NCBI GenBank assembly: GCA_951406725.2
Contig: OX597843.1
Location: 8,370,001-8,434,000 of the forward strand
DNA length: 64,000 nt
DNA from: Octopus vulgaris
Lineage: Eukaryota
Direction of reading: 5' to 3'
The translations under genes and the position numbers were made by a program. The stretch's first letter is position 1, and each line of letters opens with the position of its first letter. Below, one piece after another: positions 16,264 through 30,777 of the stretch. Under the pieces are notes generated by a model. The model was not told the DNA's origin. It saw only the letters and a program-made list of their open reading frames with translations, and did no database searches.

Positions 16264-16640
16264 CCGTTTATTTTTGCTTCAGAACCTCGTCTCTTAGTGA
16301 CTCCGACGATGATGTGTCCTTTTATAGAAGCCATATTATTCGTGTAAAGCGAAGCGTGTGAGGAGGAGGATGGGGTCGGGGGTGGGGTTCGTGTTAAGAA
16401 CAAACCAAATAAATAAATAAATATATAAAACGGAGCACCGATTGATCGAACGCCAATAACACACCTTTGAAAGTACGACCATGAACGCCGCCATCGGCGC
16501 CACCACCACCACAGACTAACAACAAACTCAACAATGATACCTATGTCTGTTTTGGGTTTTTTTTCTTTTCAGCCATTTTAGGGGCTATTTATCTTCTTTT
16601 GAATTATTTTCTTGTGTTTTTTTTTTTCGTTATCTTTTGT

Positions 16641-16702
<62 letters not shown>

Positions 16703-17226
16703 ACACACACATACTCTTGCACAAAGGCCAGGACATTTACAATTACACACATATACACAAATAAACATTCTTTCACTCACAGTGGCTCTTTCTCTCTCTC
16801 TCTCTCGCTGATACACACACACACACACAAACACATATACACATTTTGCACAAATACAAGCACACACACACACACTTACACACACTTACACACACGCACT
16901 TACACAAAACACACCCACTCACATTCTCTTCTCTATATACACACAGGCACACACAGATCCTTTCTCTCTATCTCTCTCTGACATACGTATACATAGCACA
17001 GCACACACACACTAAAACACACAGACTTACCCACACGTACACAGGTCCTCTCTCCCCCACACACCACACAAAGAAACAAACAAATACAAAAACAAACACA
17101 CACACACACACAGACACACAAATCCTAACCGTCCTACGATTACTTCGGAGACAGCCATATTGTCTTTACGTCTTCTGATCTGGCGGAACTCTATAAGCAT
17201 CAAATGGTTCCTTTATATCTGTTCCT

Positions 17227-17623
17227 GTTGTTGTTGTTGTCGTTGCTGTTGCTGTTGAGCGAACGGTCTTCGTCCCAGAGCTCGCAAGGTGGGAGAAGTC
17301 CGAAGCGCGGTCCTTTGCTATTCGTAAAACCCGCAGAAGAGAAAGCAGGTCAACCCCCGACACCGAGAGCATCGACGGATGTATGAATGCGCATCCAGGC
17401 TCAGCGGTTGCGTAGGAAGTCGGGGACAAGAAGCAGGAAGAAAGAATGAGAGAAAGTTGGAGAGAAAGAGTACAACAGGGGTCACCACCACCCCCTGCCG
17501 GAGCATCTTGGAGCTCTTAGGTGTTTTCGCTCAATAAACACACACGACGCCCGGTCTGGGAATCAAAACCGCAATCCTCCGACCGCGAGTCCGCTGCCCT
17601 AACCACTAGGCCATTGCGCCTCC
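17227..17623 (-). mobile_element. Full-length tRNA-derived SINE family S3 with (CAA)-like tail
   Basis: - strand head GGAGGCGCAATGGCCTAGTGGTTAGGGCAGCGGACTCGCGG...GGTTTTGATTCCC (A and B boxes), about 400 bp, ending in CAA/CAG triplets. A head fragment also occurs near 14655-14680. Confidence 0.85.
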
Positions 17624-17635
17624 ACAGCCGTTGCT

Positions 17636-18372
17636 GTGAAGACGTGTGGCTTAATGGTTACGCTATTCGACTCATGATCGTAAAGAAGTGAGTTCGATTT
17701 CCGGTGGCACGTTGTGGGTTTAAGCAATGGCACCCTGTCGCTTACGAAAACGAGGGTTCCAGTTGATCCGACCAACCGAAGAGTCTCTTCGTGAAACTAA
17801 CGTGCAAGTGGCTGAGGGCTCCACAGACTCATGTACCCTTTACGTGGTTCTCAAAGAGATTCAGCGTGGCACAAAGTGCAACAAGGCTGGACCCTTTTGA
17901 ATTACAGGTACTACTCAATTGTGCCAGCTGAGTGGACTGGGGCAATGTGAAATAAAGTGTCTTGCTCAAGGACGCAACACGTAGCCAGGAATTGAACTCA
18001 TGACCTCACAGTTGTGAGTGGAATACCCTAAGCAATAAGCTATGCACCTTCTGAAAAACCTGGCTCTTCGTTGGTTATGATGATGAGGGTTCCAGTAGAT
18101 CCCATCAACGGAGCAGCCTGCTTATGAAATTAACATGCAAGAGGCCGAGTGCTCCACAGACGTGTACCTTTAACTTACTTCTCTGTGGGATTCAACGTGA
18201 CACAGAATGCGATAAGGCTGGTCCCTTTGAATTACTGGTACTACTCATTTTTACCAGCTGAGTGGACTGGAGCAATGTGAAATAAAGTGTCTTGCTCAAG
18301 GACACAACGCGTTGCCGGGAATTGAACTCCCGACGGTGCGATTGTCAGCCGAATACCTCAAAACACTAAGCT
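17636..18372 (-). mobile_element. Two tandem copies of CORE-like SINE family S4 (about 17730-18051 and 18058-18372) preceded by a + strand head fragment (17636-17720)
   Basis: Both copies share GTCCTTGAGCAAGACACTTTATTTCACATTGC (CORE-like) after a tRNA-like head with GAGTTCAATTCC. Confidence 0.85.
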
Positions 18373-18508
18373 GTAGATGTGTTGGTGTAAGTGTTTGTAA
18401 GTGACACTGGCGATGGTCGAAGAGATAAGTGGTACGTACGACACGCCCGACATGCGACGGGTGTTGTTAAAAGGGGTAACAGTTAAACGTGTAGACCAAT
18501 GTACGTAT

Positions 18509-18542
<34 letters not shown>

Positions 18543-18853
18543 ATGCGGTTTGCCTTTGTTTACGTGAATAGTGGGGATGGTGGTGGTGGTGGTGGTGGTG
18601 GTGGTGATATTAGCTGATAATGACTGAGTGGAAGGTTTAGGGTGTTGGGTGGTGGAGGTTGACGGGAGTAGGAGGAAGAGGTGATGAAGGGGGGGAAAAA
18701 AAGGACGTGTTTGATTGATGACAATAATGACAGTAACGATGATGGAAATGCCAGTGATGATGATAGTGATGATGATGAGGAGGAGAATGAGGGAGGAGGT
18801 GGGGACGAGGAGGATAATGAGGATGATGATGATGAGGAGGAGGAGGATGGTGG

Positions 18854-18889
<36 letters not shown>

Positions 18890-19294
18890 CGACGTTAATA
18901 ACCAAGCTGATGAAGACGAGTTTATTATGAAAATGATGATGACGGCGGCGGCTGACTGCCGTACACGTCTTCCAGGGGTTTTGATGATGATGACAACGAC
19001 GACGATGATGATGATGATGATAAGTAGGACGAGGAGGAGTAAGAGGAGGAGGAGGTAAGTCAGTAGGAGGCGGACGTAAGTCCATGACCACCACCACAAC
19101 CACCACAACGTCGACGTTGTACATGACGTTGTCGACAAAGCGACTACGGCGGTGACGGCTAATAAGACACTATCGAAGATGGCGACGACTTTTCATCGTC
19201 GTCGTCATCGTAGTCGTAGCTGTGATCGGAGGAGGAGGAGGAGAAAAGGGAGATTGGATGGGAGTTAATTTAGGATAGTAGTAGTAGTAGCAGC

Positions 19295-19325
<31 letters not shown>

Positions 19326-19806
19326 AGAGGGGTTTGGGTGTATTATAGCGATCTAAATTGCCGAATGAATAGTGAGTCGGCGATGCAGCAAAGATGAAGA
19401 TACGGCGTGCAAAGTGTAAAAGGATGGAGTAGGATGCAAGGGGTGTCGGAGTAGGTCGGAGTGAAACAGGGTGGGGTGGGGCAGGTGAAAGGGGTGGGTA
19501 GTAATGGGAGAGATGTTAGGGGGCAGGGTATTGTGTTTTCAAGTGGTTGGTGGTGGTGGTGGTGGTGGCAGCAGAGAGAAAGAGCGAATAAACAGATAAT
19601 GAAGATGTCGGAGGTACGGTTTGTAGCGGCGGTGGCGGTGGTGGTTGGTGGTTGGTGGTGGTGGTGGGGGTGCATGGTGTGGTTACAGAGTGGGTGTTAG
19701 TGGTGGGGTGGTGGGGCGTGATGGAGTTTTTCGTAGTGAGCATAAAAGATTGCACGGTGATAATAATGGTGGTAAATGAAGGGGAAAGAAGACGGCATAA
19801 CAAATG

Positions 19807-19869
<63 letters not shown>

Positions 19870-20070
19870 TGGAGCAGGAGAAAAGGGAGGAGGAGGAGGA
19901 GGAGGAGGTGGAGAGTATGGGTAGGAGGCTAAGGTGATGAATAACAAGAGATGGAAGATTAACACAAGAAGAATTGAAGAGGAAGGAAAAGAAAAGAAAA
20001 AAGAAGACACGAAGTACACGAAGTATGATGATGATGATGATGATGATGGTGATGATGGTGATGGTGATGT

Positions 20071-20176
<106 letters not shown>

Positions 20177-20496
20177 AATAATGATGATGATGGTGATGAT
20201 GATGACGAAGAGGATGATGATGGTAGTGGTGATGGTGGTGTTGATGAGGATGATGATGAGGAGGAGGAGGAGGAGGAGGAGGAGGAGGATTAGGGGAAGA
20301 GTGGGAGGGGGAAGGAGGAGGGGAGGAGGAGGAGGGAAGGAGGAAGAGTGGAGGAGGAGGCGAAGAGAAGGAGGGGGAGAAGAAAAAGGAGAGTGAGCAA
20401 TAAACTCTTTGGCAATGTTGTTGATGATGGTGTTGATGATGATGCCTGTTAAACAACAACAGCAATAACAACAACAATAATATTAATATCAATAAT

Positions 20497-20650
20497 CCTT
20501 TTCTACTATAGGCAATAGGCCTGAAATTTTGAGGGGCGGGGGACTTGACAATTACATCGACCCCAGTATGCAACTGGTACTTAATTTATCGATGTCGACG
20601 GGATGAAAGGCAAGGCTAATCCCGCAGGCATATGAACTCAGAACGTGGAA
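20497..20650 (-). mobile_element. SINE S1 fragment (ATT-tail type)
   Basis: CCTTTTCTACTATAGGC...CCTGAAATTT...CGACCCCAGT...GAACTCAGAACG. Confidence 0.8.
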
Positions 20651-20656
20651 GGGAAG

Positions 20657-20713
<57 letters not shown>

Positions 20714-20714
20714 C

Positions 20715-20872
20715 ACGAGGGGCTTCTTTCAGTTTCCATCTACAAAATCGGATCACAAGGTTTTGGTAGAAGACATTTGCCCAAGATGCCAGTGGGAATG
20801 AACCCAGAACTATGTGGTGGGGAAACAAACATCTTAGCACACACCCACTTCTTTATCTGTGTATATATATAC

Positions 20873-20918
<46 letters not shown>

Positions 20919-21301
20919 CTGTGTGGTAAGTAGCTTGCTTACCAACCACATGGTTCTGGGCTCAGTCCCACTGCGTGGCACCTTGGGCAAGTGTCTTCTA
21001 CTATAGCCTCGGACCGACCAATGCCTTGTGAGTGGATTTGGTAGATGGAAACTGAAAGAAGCCCGTCGTATATATGTATATATATGTGTGCATGTATGTT
21101 TGTGTGTCTGTGTATGTCCCCCTAGCATTGCTTGACAACCGATGATGGTGTGTTTATGTCCCCATCACTTAGCGGTTCGGCAAAAGAGACCGATGGAATA
21201 AGTACTGGGCTTACAAAGAATAAGTCCCGGGGTCGAGTTGCTCGACTAAAAGGCGGTGCTCCAGCATGGCCGCAGTCAAATTACTGAAACAAGTAAAAGA
21301 G

Positions 21302-21302
<1 letters not shown>
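20715..21302 (+). mobile_element. SINE family S2 near-full copy (20915-21302, +) preceded by an inverted S2 5' fragment (20715-20850, -)
   Basis: CTGTGTGGTAAGTAGCTTGCTTACCAACCACATGG head, GGCACCTTGGGCAAGTGTCTT, internal TA/TG tract, CAGCATGGCCGCAGTCAAAT end. Confidence 0.9.
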
Positions 21303-21332
<30 letters not shown>

Positions 21333-21914
21333 GTGTGTGTATGTGTCGGTGTCTGACTCTGTGTGTATGCTGTTACCAATATTCAAGAATGCTTGAATAT
21401 TGGTATCAGAGTGTGCCAGTGATCTGGTTCTACGACGAAGCGATTTCGCTCCAGGGGTTCGGGTTTCGATATGTCGGTAGGTGGCTTAGTAAGTGCATCT
21501 GTGTGTGTGTGTGTGTGACGCGGGTATTTTTGATGTTAATCTTTGAAGTCAACGGGCGGTGGCACAATGGCGGTGGTAGTGGCGCAATGGCGATGGAAGT
21601 GGCCCAATGGCGGAGGCGGCGGCACAATGGTGGAGGTGGTGGCACAAAGTCGGTGACGGTGACACAATGGCGGAAGCGGTTGCACGTTGGGGTGGCGGTG
21701 GAGATGAATAATCAGGTGATAGTGAGATATGTAGAGATAGGGAGAAAGAGAGAGAGGATAAAGAGAGTAAAAGAAAGTGATCCAGAAGAGAGGAAGAGGA
21801 ACAGAGAGAGAGGGGGAGGGGGAAAATAGTGAGAGAAAGAAGAAGAAAAAATGAGAGAGAGAGCGATGAAAATGAGAGAAGAAGAAGAAATTGAAGAAGT
21901 AGAAGAGGAAGAAG

Positions 21915-21946
<32 letters not shown>

Positions 21947-22431
21947 GAAGAAGAAGAAGAAGAAGAAGAAGAAGAAGAAGAAGAAGAAGAAGAAGAAGAA
22001 GAAGAAGAAGAAGAAGAAGAAGAGATAAGAATAGGTACATGGAGTTAAAAGAGAGAGGGTGAAGAGAGAAAGAAAGAATGACAGATAGAAGGAATGAAGG
22101 ATAGGATAGGAAAACAAACTGAAGGGTGCGGCGTGGGGGTTGATAATGTGAGTGTGAGCCTCGAAAAAAGGGACGTTTCATTATAGGGGAACCCCCGGTG
22201 TGTTAGGTAATGAAACCCAATATTTTTGATGTTGTTTTTTTTTTCTTTTATATTGGTGTGGGTTGGGAGGGACGGACGGCGGTGCGTGGTGATGGTCGTG
22301 GTGGTAACGCCAATAAGGCTCCATAACATTCTGTTGGTATTAATCCGTGTTTGTTTTGTGATGTTTGCTTGTAATAGAGGGAGACATATAGGCCGACACG
22401 AATACATACATACATATATATATACATGTAT

Positions 22432-22499
<68 letters not shown>

Positions 22500-22601
22500 A
22501 TATATACATAGGCGCGCACACACACACGCATACACATACACACATAGACACAAACATATATGTATGTAATTATGTATATGTATATAAATACAGATATATA
22601 A

Positions 22602-22640
<39 letters not shown>

Positions 22641-22758
22641 GTATATATGTGTGTGTGTGTGTATTATACATATACGTTCATAAATTGTTATTTTAATATC
22701 AACAACCGTTAGTGTTTTTGTAACTGTCGATGTAACTAATATTATTTTTATCATCATT

Positions 22759-22800
<42 letters not shown>

Positions 22801-22941
22801 GTCATAACCATCATCTTCATTATCATCTTAACAGCCAACTATGACAACGTTTTATCGAACCTTATACGCACAAAGTTCTATACATATATATATATATACA
22901 CACAAATACAGATACACATATCTATGCTTATATACATATCC

Positions 22942-22972
<31 letters not shown>

Positions 22973-23161
22973 AATATATATATGGATATGTATATATATA
23001 CGTTTATATATGTATATTATGTATACATATAAATATATATATATATATATAACATATACATATACACTTATATATACATGCGCATATATACATATATATA
23101 TATACATATAGATACATACACACAAATACAGATACATATATCTATGCTTATATACATATCC

Positions 23162-23216
<55 letters not shown>

Positions 23217-23772
23217 ATATACATATATACGCGTATATATGTATATTATGTATATATATATATAACATATACATATACTCTTATATATACATGCGCATAT
23301 ACACAAATATATATATACATATATATATATACATATAGACACATACATACGTATATATCACGTATGCGTGAGCGCAGAACAGCCGGCATAATTTTGGTCT
23401 TTATACGTCTCAATGCAACGATAGAATCATAGCGTACTAACAACGTACGACGCTTTCGCCTTTGGCAGCTCTGCACTTTAATTCTCCATTATCACACAGC
23501 GAGAGCGTATTACTACGCCATTTTATCTCACAGGAAAGCCCCATATTGTCCGCCATTTTATTATACAAAGATTATTGTCAGACGTACAATTTTATCACAC
23601 AGTGTGAGAAAATGTTATTTATTTGTTTTCGCTTTCTCACATAGAATTTTTCGCTCTTTTGTTATTTATACATATGCATATACATACACGCAGACACACA
23701 TTCATATATATATATATATATATATATTCGTTTTACACGTAAGTTTCTTTGTGTAGCTTATTTATTCATCAC

Positions 23773-23838
<66 letters not shown>

Positions 23839-23839
23839 C

Positions 23840-23875
<36 letters not shown>

Positions 23876-24221
23876 ATGTATATGGATGTTATGTTGTATA
23901 TGTTTTTATCTATGGCGTTACAGCAGTGAGTAAATTTATTTTATCACACAGGAAGGAAATCTGTATTATATGGCGCAGTCGTATTTTGTTACAACACAAC
24001 GATCATTGTATAGCGTGTGTATATACATCTGCACCTATAGTTATACCTACATATATATATATATGTATGTATGTATGCTATGCATATGTATATAGATGTG
24101 TGTGGGTGTGAACAGACGGATATTATACCTCATAACAAAATAGTATGTATATATTATTGCGTGAAACATTCTCGTGGAATAACAAGGATTGTATGTGCAT
24201 CCGTTTGCGTGTGTGTGTATG

Positions 24222-24330
<109 letters not shown>

Positions 24331-24539
24331 GTATGTGCGTTTGTGTATGTGTATGTTTGAGTGTGTGTTGTTTGATGACAATAACCAGCGGATGACATTA
24401 ATATTGAGGGTGTGCCGCGGTAATATTGATAACAGCGGTGTAAATATGTCCTCAATAACAATACCCATGATTACAATGTGCGACTTCAACAACACACACA
24501 CACACATAATAGATATATAAGCATAAATACAAATATATG

Positions 24540-24602
<63 letters not shown>

Positions 24603-24638
24603 GTATACACTCACACACATACACATACGCACACACAC

Positions 24639-24695
<57 letters not shown>

Positions 24696-25556
24696 CATGT
24701 CAAATCATACCTGCAGTCATTCTTACAAGATGGCGGTTATTATTACGCTATAACGACGCATACAGGAAGCTGGTATATTGCGTAAAATACAAAATCGGAA
24801 ACGTAATAATAATAAAAACAACAACAGTACAATGATATCACACGATGCTTAAGATTGGATATCAGACTAGTTGATATCTCACGATATTACACACTAGAGG
24901 GAGAGCGAAAGAGAGAGAGAGAGAGAGAGAGTGGGGTAGAGAGTCAAAGAGATACATATCTAAGTGTACCCCCATTACTATACTATAACATACATATAAA
25001 TATAAAATAGCATCCTGTGTTATATAATAGACATATATAATGGGTTTTTTTTTGCTCCATCATCATCAACAGCAGCATCCCTTTCCTCCTCATCGTCACC
25101 GTCTTCTTGGATGAGAATGGCAAGATTGGAGTGACAAAATGGATCGACTCTGAGTTTGCCTTCTAATAAGGATAAAAACCTGGAAGGGGCCACTTTGCAA
25201 TGCTTTAGGAATGGCAGAGTAATCCGCAGTTCTTTGTAGGGTTTACCCCGAATTTCCTTAAGTGGACAGCCCCACTTTTTTTTTTTGGTGGGGCGGGCAT
25301 TCTCATTATTTCCTTATTTATTATTTATTTCTCTATTTTCTAGTATATTCCCTCTGTCAAATCCTTTAATGTGGTAGTATGACCCCTTGGTTGTTCTTAA
25401 CCCCACATGCTTTTGTATATTTTGTTTTTTGTGTGCTGTAAGTCGCCCTTCGATATTGTTCCCCTTAACTGGGCCCTTGTGGCCAATAAAAGAAATCATC
25501 ATCATCATCATCAACAACATTATTATTATCATTATTATTATTATTATTATTATTAC

Positions 25557-25637
<81 letters not shown>

Positions 25638-25663
25638 TATTATTATTACTATTATTATTAATA

Positions 25664-25812
<149 letters not shown>

Positions 25813-25823
25813 CACTATTATTA

Positions 25824-25935
25824 AGGCGGCGAGCTGGCAGGATCGTTAACACGCCAAGCGAAACGTTTCGCAGTATTTCGTCTGTCGCTACGTTCTGAGT
25901 TCAAATTCCGCCAAGGTCGACTTTGCCGTTCATCC
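25824..25935 (+). mobile_element. SINE S1 5' half
   Basis: AGGCGGCGAGCTGGCAGGATCGTTAAC...GAGTTCAAATTCCGCC. Confidence 0.85.
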
Positions 25936-26325
25936 GAGCTATATATATATATATATATATATATATCGTGCAACTATAGAAAGCTCAATAAAGCAGTATA
26001 AGTTCCTCTCAAGTGATATCATGTTGTAATGATTTATGTTGTAATATTCTTCAATGTTAGTAGATCTGAATATAAATTGGTGCAATATCATATGTTACGA
26101 CTTTGTAACTCTGTAGCGTGAGGTATCTCTAATGACGCAGAATATAGTATGAGCTGCCAAAAAATTTATCTATCCATCTATATATATATATATATATACA
26201 TATAGCGCCTTTTTAGTCGAAGAAATCCAGCTCAGGACTTATTCTTTGTAAACCCGGAACTTATTCTGAACCTGGAATTGTGTGGTTGGGGAACAAGCTT
26301 TTTACTACATGGCCACACCTGCACC

Positions 26326-26560
<235 letters not shown>

Positions 26561-26880
26561 AGATAAATACATAGATAGATATATAGATAAATACATAGCT
26601 AGATAGATACATACAAACATACATACATACATACATACAAGTAGACTGCGAGCTTCCACACAACCGTGTCCACGCCTATACACACACACACACACACACT
26701 CACACACACACAGACGTGTCAATCATACAGGCTTCAGTGGTCGTGGGCTTTCATGCGAAACTCTGAAGGTTCATGGTGTTTTTATTTTGCGGGGTTTTTG
26801 TTTTGTTTCACTGGAGATACGGCAACGATCCCTGGCTGAGACGACGACAACCGGACAGAGACACACACAGACAGACAAAC

Positions 26881-26935
<55 letters not shown>

Positions 26936-27569
26936 GACAGAGTGAAACAACATGGCACCAGTTTCAACGTTATAGAGCTTCTCGAAAAAACATTCTTCAT
27001 GTAACTGCCGAGAACAAAAGCGTGACATAAAACATATATACATATATATATTACGTTTATATCACACGTCAAACTTTATCACAAATCAGGCGCCGCCGAA
27101 ATCAATTTCGTGTGAATTCTCTCTGTACAATGTGGTAATCGATGGATATGCAGCTAATCGATGGCGTTATAGGAAATGAGTCGTTATAAATGATAGCAAA
27201 TATACAGAATATACAATATTTACTCAATAGACATACGTGAAATATTGTGTAATACAGCGTGAAGAAAAAAGGGGATAAAAAAGATATATGAATTATGGAG
27301 AATTGTATGAGTGTTTCTGTGCGCATGCGTCTGAGTATATTTGCGTGTGTGTTTATTTATAGATGTGTATATATGTACGTGGAGGTGTGTGTGTATATAT
27401 ACATTTATATCTATAGATGTATTTACACAACTATAAATATACCACATATTCTAACATATACGTATATGAATATGTGTGTATGAAGGTGTGTGCATATATA
27501 TATATGTAAATATCTACATATTTTTATACATATATATAGCAATATATATATAACAATATATATATATAT

Positions 27570-27662
<93 letters not shown>

Positions 27663-27785
27663 TTTATATATATATATATCTTCTACTTTAATAATACTGT
27701 TGTATTATTATTTTTATTATTATTATTATTATTACGTTTCATATTTTTCCACAGGGGTAGCAAGTTGGCGGGAAAGAACTAGTCG

Positions 27786-27930
27786 GTTACATCGACCCCA
27801 GCGTTTCACTGGTACTTAATTTATCGGCCCCGAAACGATGAAAGTTAAAGTCGAGCTCGGCGGAATCTGATCTCAGAACGTAGCTAAGCATTTCGTCCGG
27901 CGTGTTCACAATCCTGCCAGCTTGCCGCCT
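27786..27930 (-). mobile_element. Degenerate SINE S1
   Basis: TACATCGACCCCAG...GGTACTTAATTTATCG...GCCAGCTTGCCGCCTT. Confidence 0.8.
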
Positions 27931-27941
27931 TCGTAGGGGTT

Positions 27942-28013
<72 letters not shown>

Positions 28014-28549
28014 ACAATTATTCCTTTATACTGCAAATATTCTGCATAAATTTTGACTCAATATTAATGAAATACCTTATTAGACCCTTGATAAAATGGC
28101 GCATAGTAATACCATTTGGAAGCGAAGCAATACGCGGCCTAATTAAAACAGTGTGTTAATTTGTTCGCTTTAGCATTCTCCCAGAGTGACTCATTATTTT
28201 TCTTACTTTTTCGTCTAATGTTGATTTTATTAACAGGTTTATTTAAATATACTTTTCCGAGTTCACATGCCTCGGATAAATTCGAAGCAATGTAACTAGA
28301 AATATTCAATATGGATGATAAATAGAAATTAATATGGAATTAAAGAAATGTTTCAAAGGTAATATAAGATGTAAATTAAATAATGCTGAAAATAATACAT
28401 TGAAGATGGACACGGGCGTCAGTGAATTATACCAATGCTAGCCTTGTTCGTTCGAAGGTGGAGATGAAACTGATACGATAGAACAGAGAAGTGAAGAAAG
28501 TACTAGAAATGAGTAACATGGAAGAGTGAGGCTAATATTAAAATGTTAG

Positions 28550-29180
28550 AATTTTAAACTTCGTATACTGGTAGAATGTGTTTATAAAACATCTTTTTCT
28601 CTTGGCTTTATTGAGAAAATTCCATAGTTTGAAAGATATTTGTTGCTTTTTTTTCTTCAATTTCTGCAATTTCAACCAATCACTGACGTTCATTGAGGTA
28701 AAAAAAAATTCTGTGCCGTATGAATATGTCCCTCGTTTAAGAAACAGATTGGGTTTATTTACATTTGTGAAGAAAAAAAGATACCCTTCCCCTCACCCCT
28801 AACCCTAACCCTAAAACAGATTGAAATGCAATAGATCGATACTAAGGTCATAATTCCGGTGGAATGTGTTTATAAAACATCTTTTTCTCTTGGCTTTATT
28901 GAGAAAATTCCATAGTTTGTAAGATATCTGTTGTTATTTTCCTTCAATTTTTGCAATTTCAACCAATCACTGACGTCCATTGAGGTAAAAAAAAAACATT
29001 CTGTGCCGTATGTCTCTCGTTTAAGAAACAAATTGGGTTTATTTACGTTTCTGAAGAAAAAAAGATACCCTAACCCTAAAACAGATTGAAATGCAATATA
29101 TCGATACTAGGGTCATAATTATGGGTGACAATTTCATATGACACCGCTAGAAAAAACTGCCGTTCAAACCGAAAAGATCC
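28550..29180 (-). mobile_element. MITE M1 copy with one TIR and an internal tandem duplication of about 290 bp
   Basis: TIR AAAAAACTGCCGTTCAAACCGAAAAGATCC at 29151-29180; GAATGTGTTTATAAAACATC starts units near 28574 and 28862; reverse complement of 30963-31403. Confidence 0.85.
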
Positions 29181-29253
29181 GCTTATCCGCATAATCATTT
29201 GTGTTGAAATGATACAAATCGAAGACTGTTACAATAAACCAACAGTAAGACTA

Positions 29254-29663
29254 TACTCTTTTCTCTTTTACTTGTTTCAGTCATTTGACTGCGGCCATGC
29301 TGGAGCACCGCCTTTAGTCGATCAAATCGACCCCGGAACTTATTCTTTGTAAGCCTAGTACTTATTCTATCGGTCTCTTTTGCCGAACCGCTAAGTGGCG
29401 GGGACGTAAACACACCGGCATCGGTTGTCAAGCAATGCTAGGGGGACAAACACAGACACACAAACACACACACACACACATATATATATATACATATATA
29501 CGACAGGCTTCTTTCAGTTTCCGTCTACCAAATCCACTCACAAGGCATTAGTCGGCCCGGGGCTATAGCAGAAGACACTTGCCCAAGATGCCACGCAGTG
29601 GGACTGAACCCGCAACCATGTGGTTGGTTAGCAAGCTACTTACCACACAGCCACTCCTGCGCC
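29254..29663 (-). mobile_element. Full-length SINE S2
   Basis: Reverse complement of 43420-43826 with high identity; head GGCGCAGGAGTGGCTGTGTGG, B box GGTTCAGTCCC. Confidence 0.92.
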
Positions 29664-30368
29664 TATGAGAAATTCTTGGGCAAAAAGAGGGAAACGAATA
29701 AGGAAGACACAAAAACAAAAGCACATTTGAATTTCAATGAGTTTATGTAGAGGAGAAGGTTCTGACACAAATAGAAAGCCATTACAATGTAACAATAATA
29801 ATAAGGCTAAAAGAAAAACACGAAGAGGGAAGCTAATGCAGAACTTTATAGAGTAAATAAATAAATAAATAAATTTCTCTTTGTATAAGGAAGCGGTAAA
29901 TTACAAAATGGAAAGTGATTACGCAGAAAGAAAGGATTTAAACGAAGGACAAACTCACTGAAAAGGTTACAAACGATAAGAAACAAAAGACAAAGCCAGA
30001 ACGTGAGCTCCGAAATATATTCTGAGACGAAAATGGAGAGAAGGCAGCCATTTTATAGCTGATATCCCGCAAGGTTCGGCAGAGAGGAAATAAAACTACA
30101 GCGTAAGCTAAAAATGGCTCGAACAACACCAGGAACAAAAAAACAGAAACAAAAGGGGTCCGATTCAAACTGAGAGAGAGATCAATAACGAAACCGCTGA
30201 TAATATATATCATCTTTTTACCGTTAACTCTTTCCAGTCGTTGGATTGCGGCCATGCTGGGGCATAGTCTGGATGCGTAGATTTTTGTAGAAAAAAAAAA
30301 ACACCCGCAGTACTTATTTGCGCTAAAGTGAGCTAGTAGCCGGAGACAACATAGTTTCCATCTACAAA

Positions 30369-30435
<67 letters not shown>

Positions 30436-30451
30436 CATACACACACACACA

Positions 30452-30515
<64 letters not shown>

Positions 30516-30518
30516 ATG

Positions 30519-30554
<36 letters not shown>

Positions 30555-30599
30555 CATACATCTATATATATACATATATAAATAAAGATATATAAATAA

Positions 30600-30633
<34 letters not shown>

Positions 30634-30705
30634 TTTGTTGATAGAAACTATGTTGTATCCGGCTGGTACCTTTCTTCGAAGGCAAAGTCGACTTCGGCAT
30701 TGCCT

Positions 30706-30776
<71 letters not shown>

Positions 30777-30777
30777 C

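Noticed and set aside
17550-17623. tRNA gene (also the heads at 42161 and 43420)
   Set aside because: A and B boxes are present but no complete cloverleaf, and each continues into a multi-copy SINE body.
19105-19120. Perfect 16-bp palindrome ACAACGTCGACGTTGT
   Set aside because: It sits in ACA/GAC triplet-rich low-complexity sequence where such symmetry arises easily; no supporting context.
28330-28530. Possible decayed R4-like RT fragment
   Set aside because: Only vague similarity with multiple stops; cannot be supported without a translated search.
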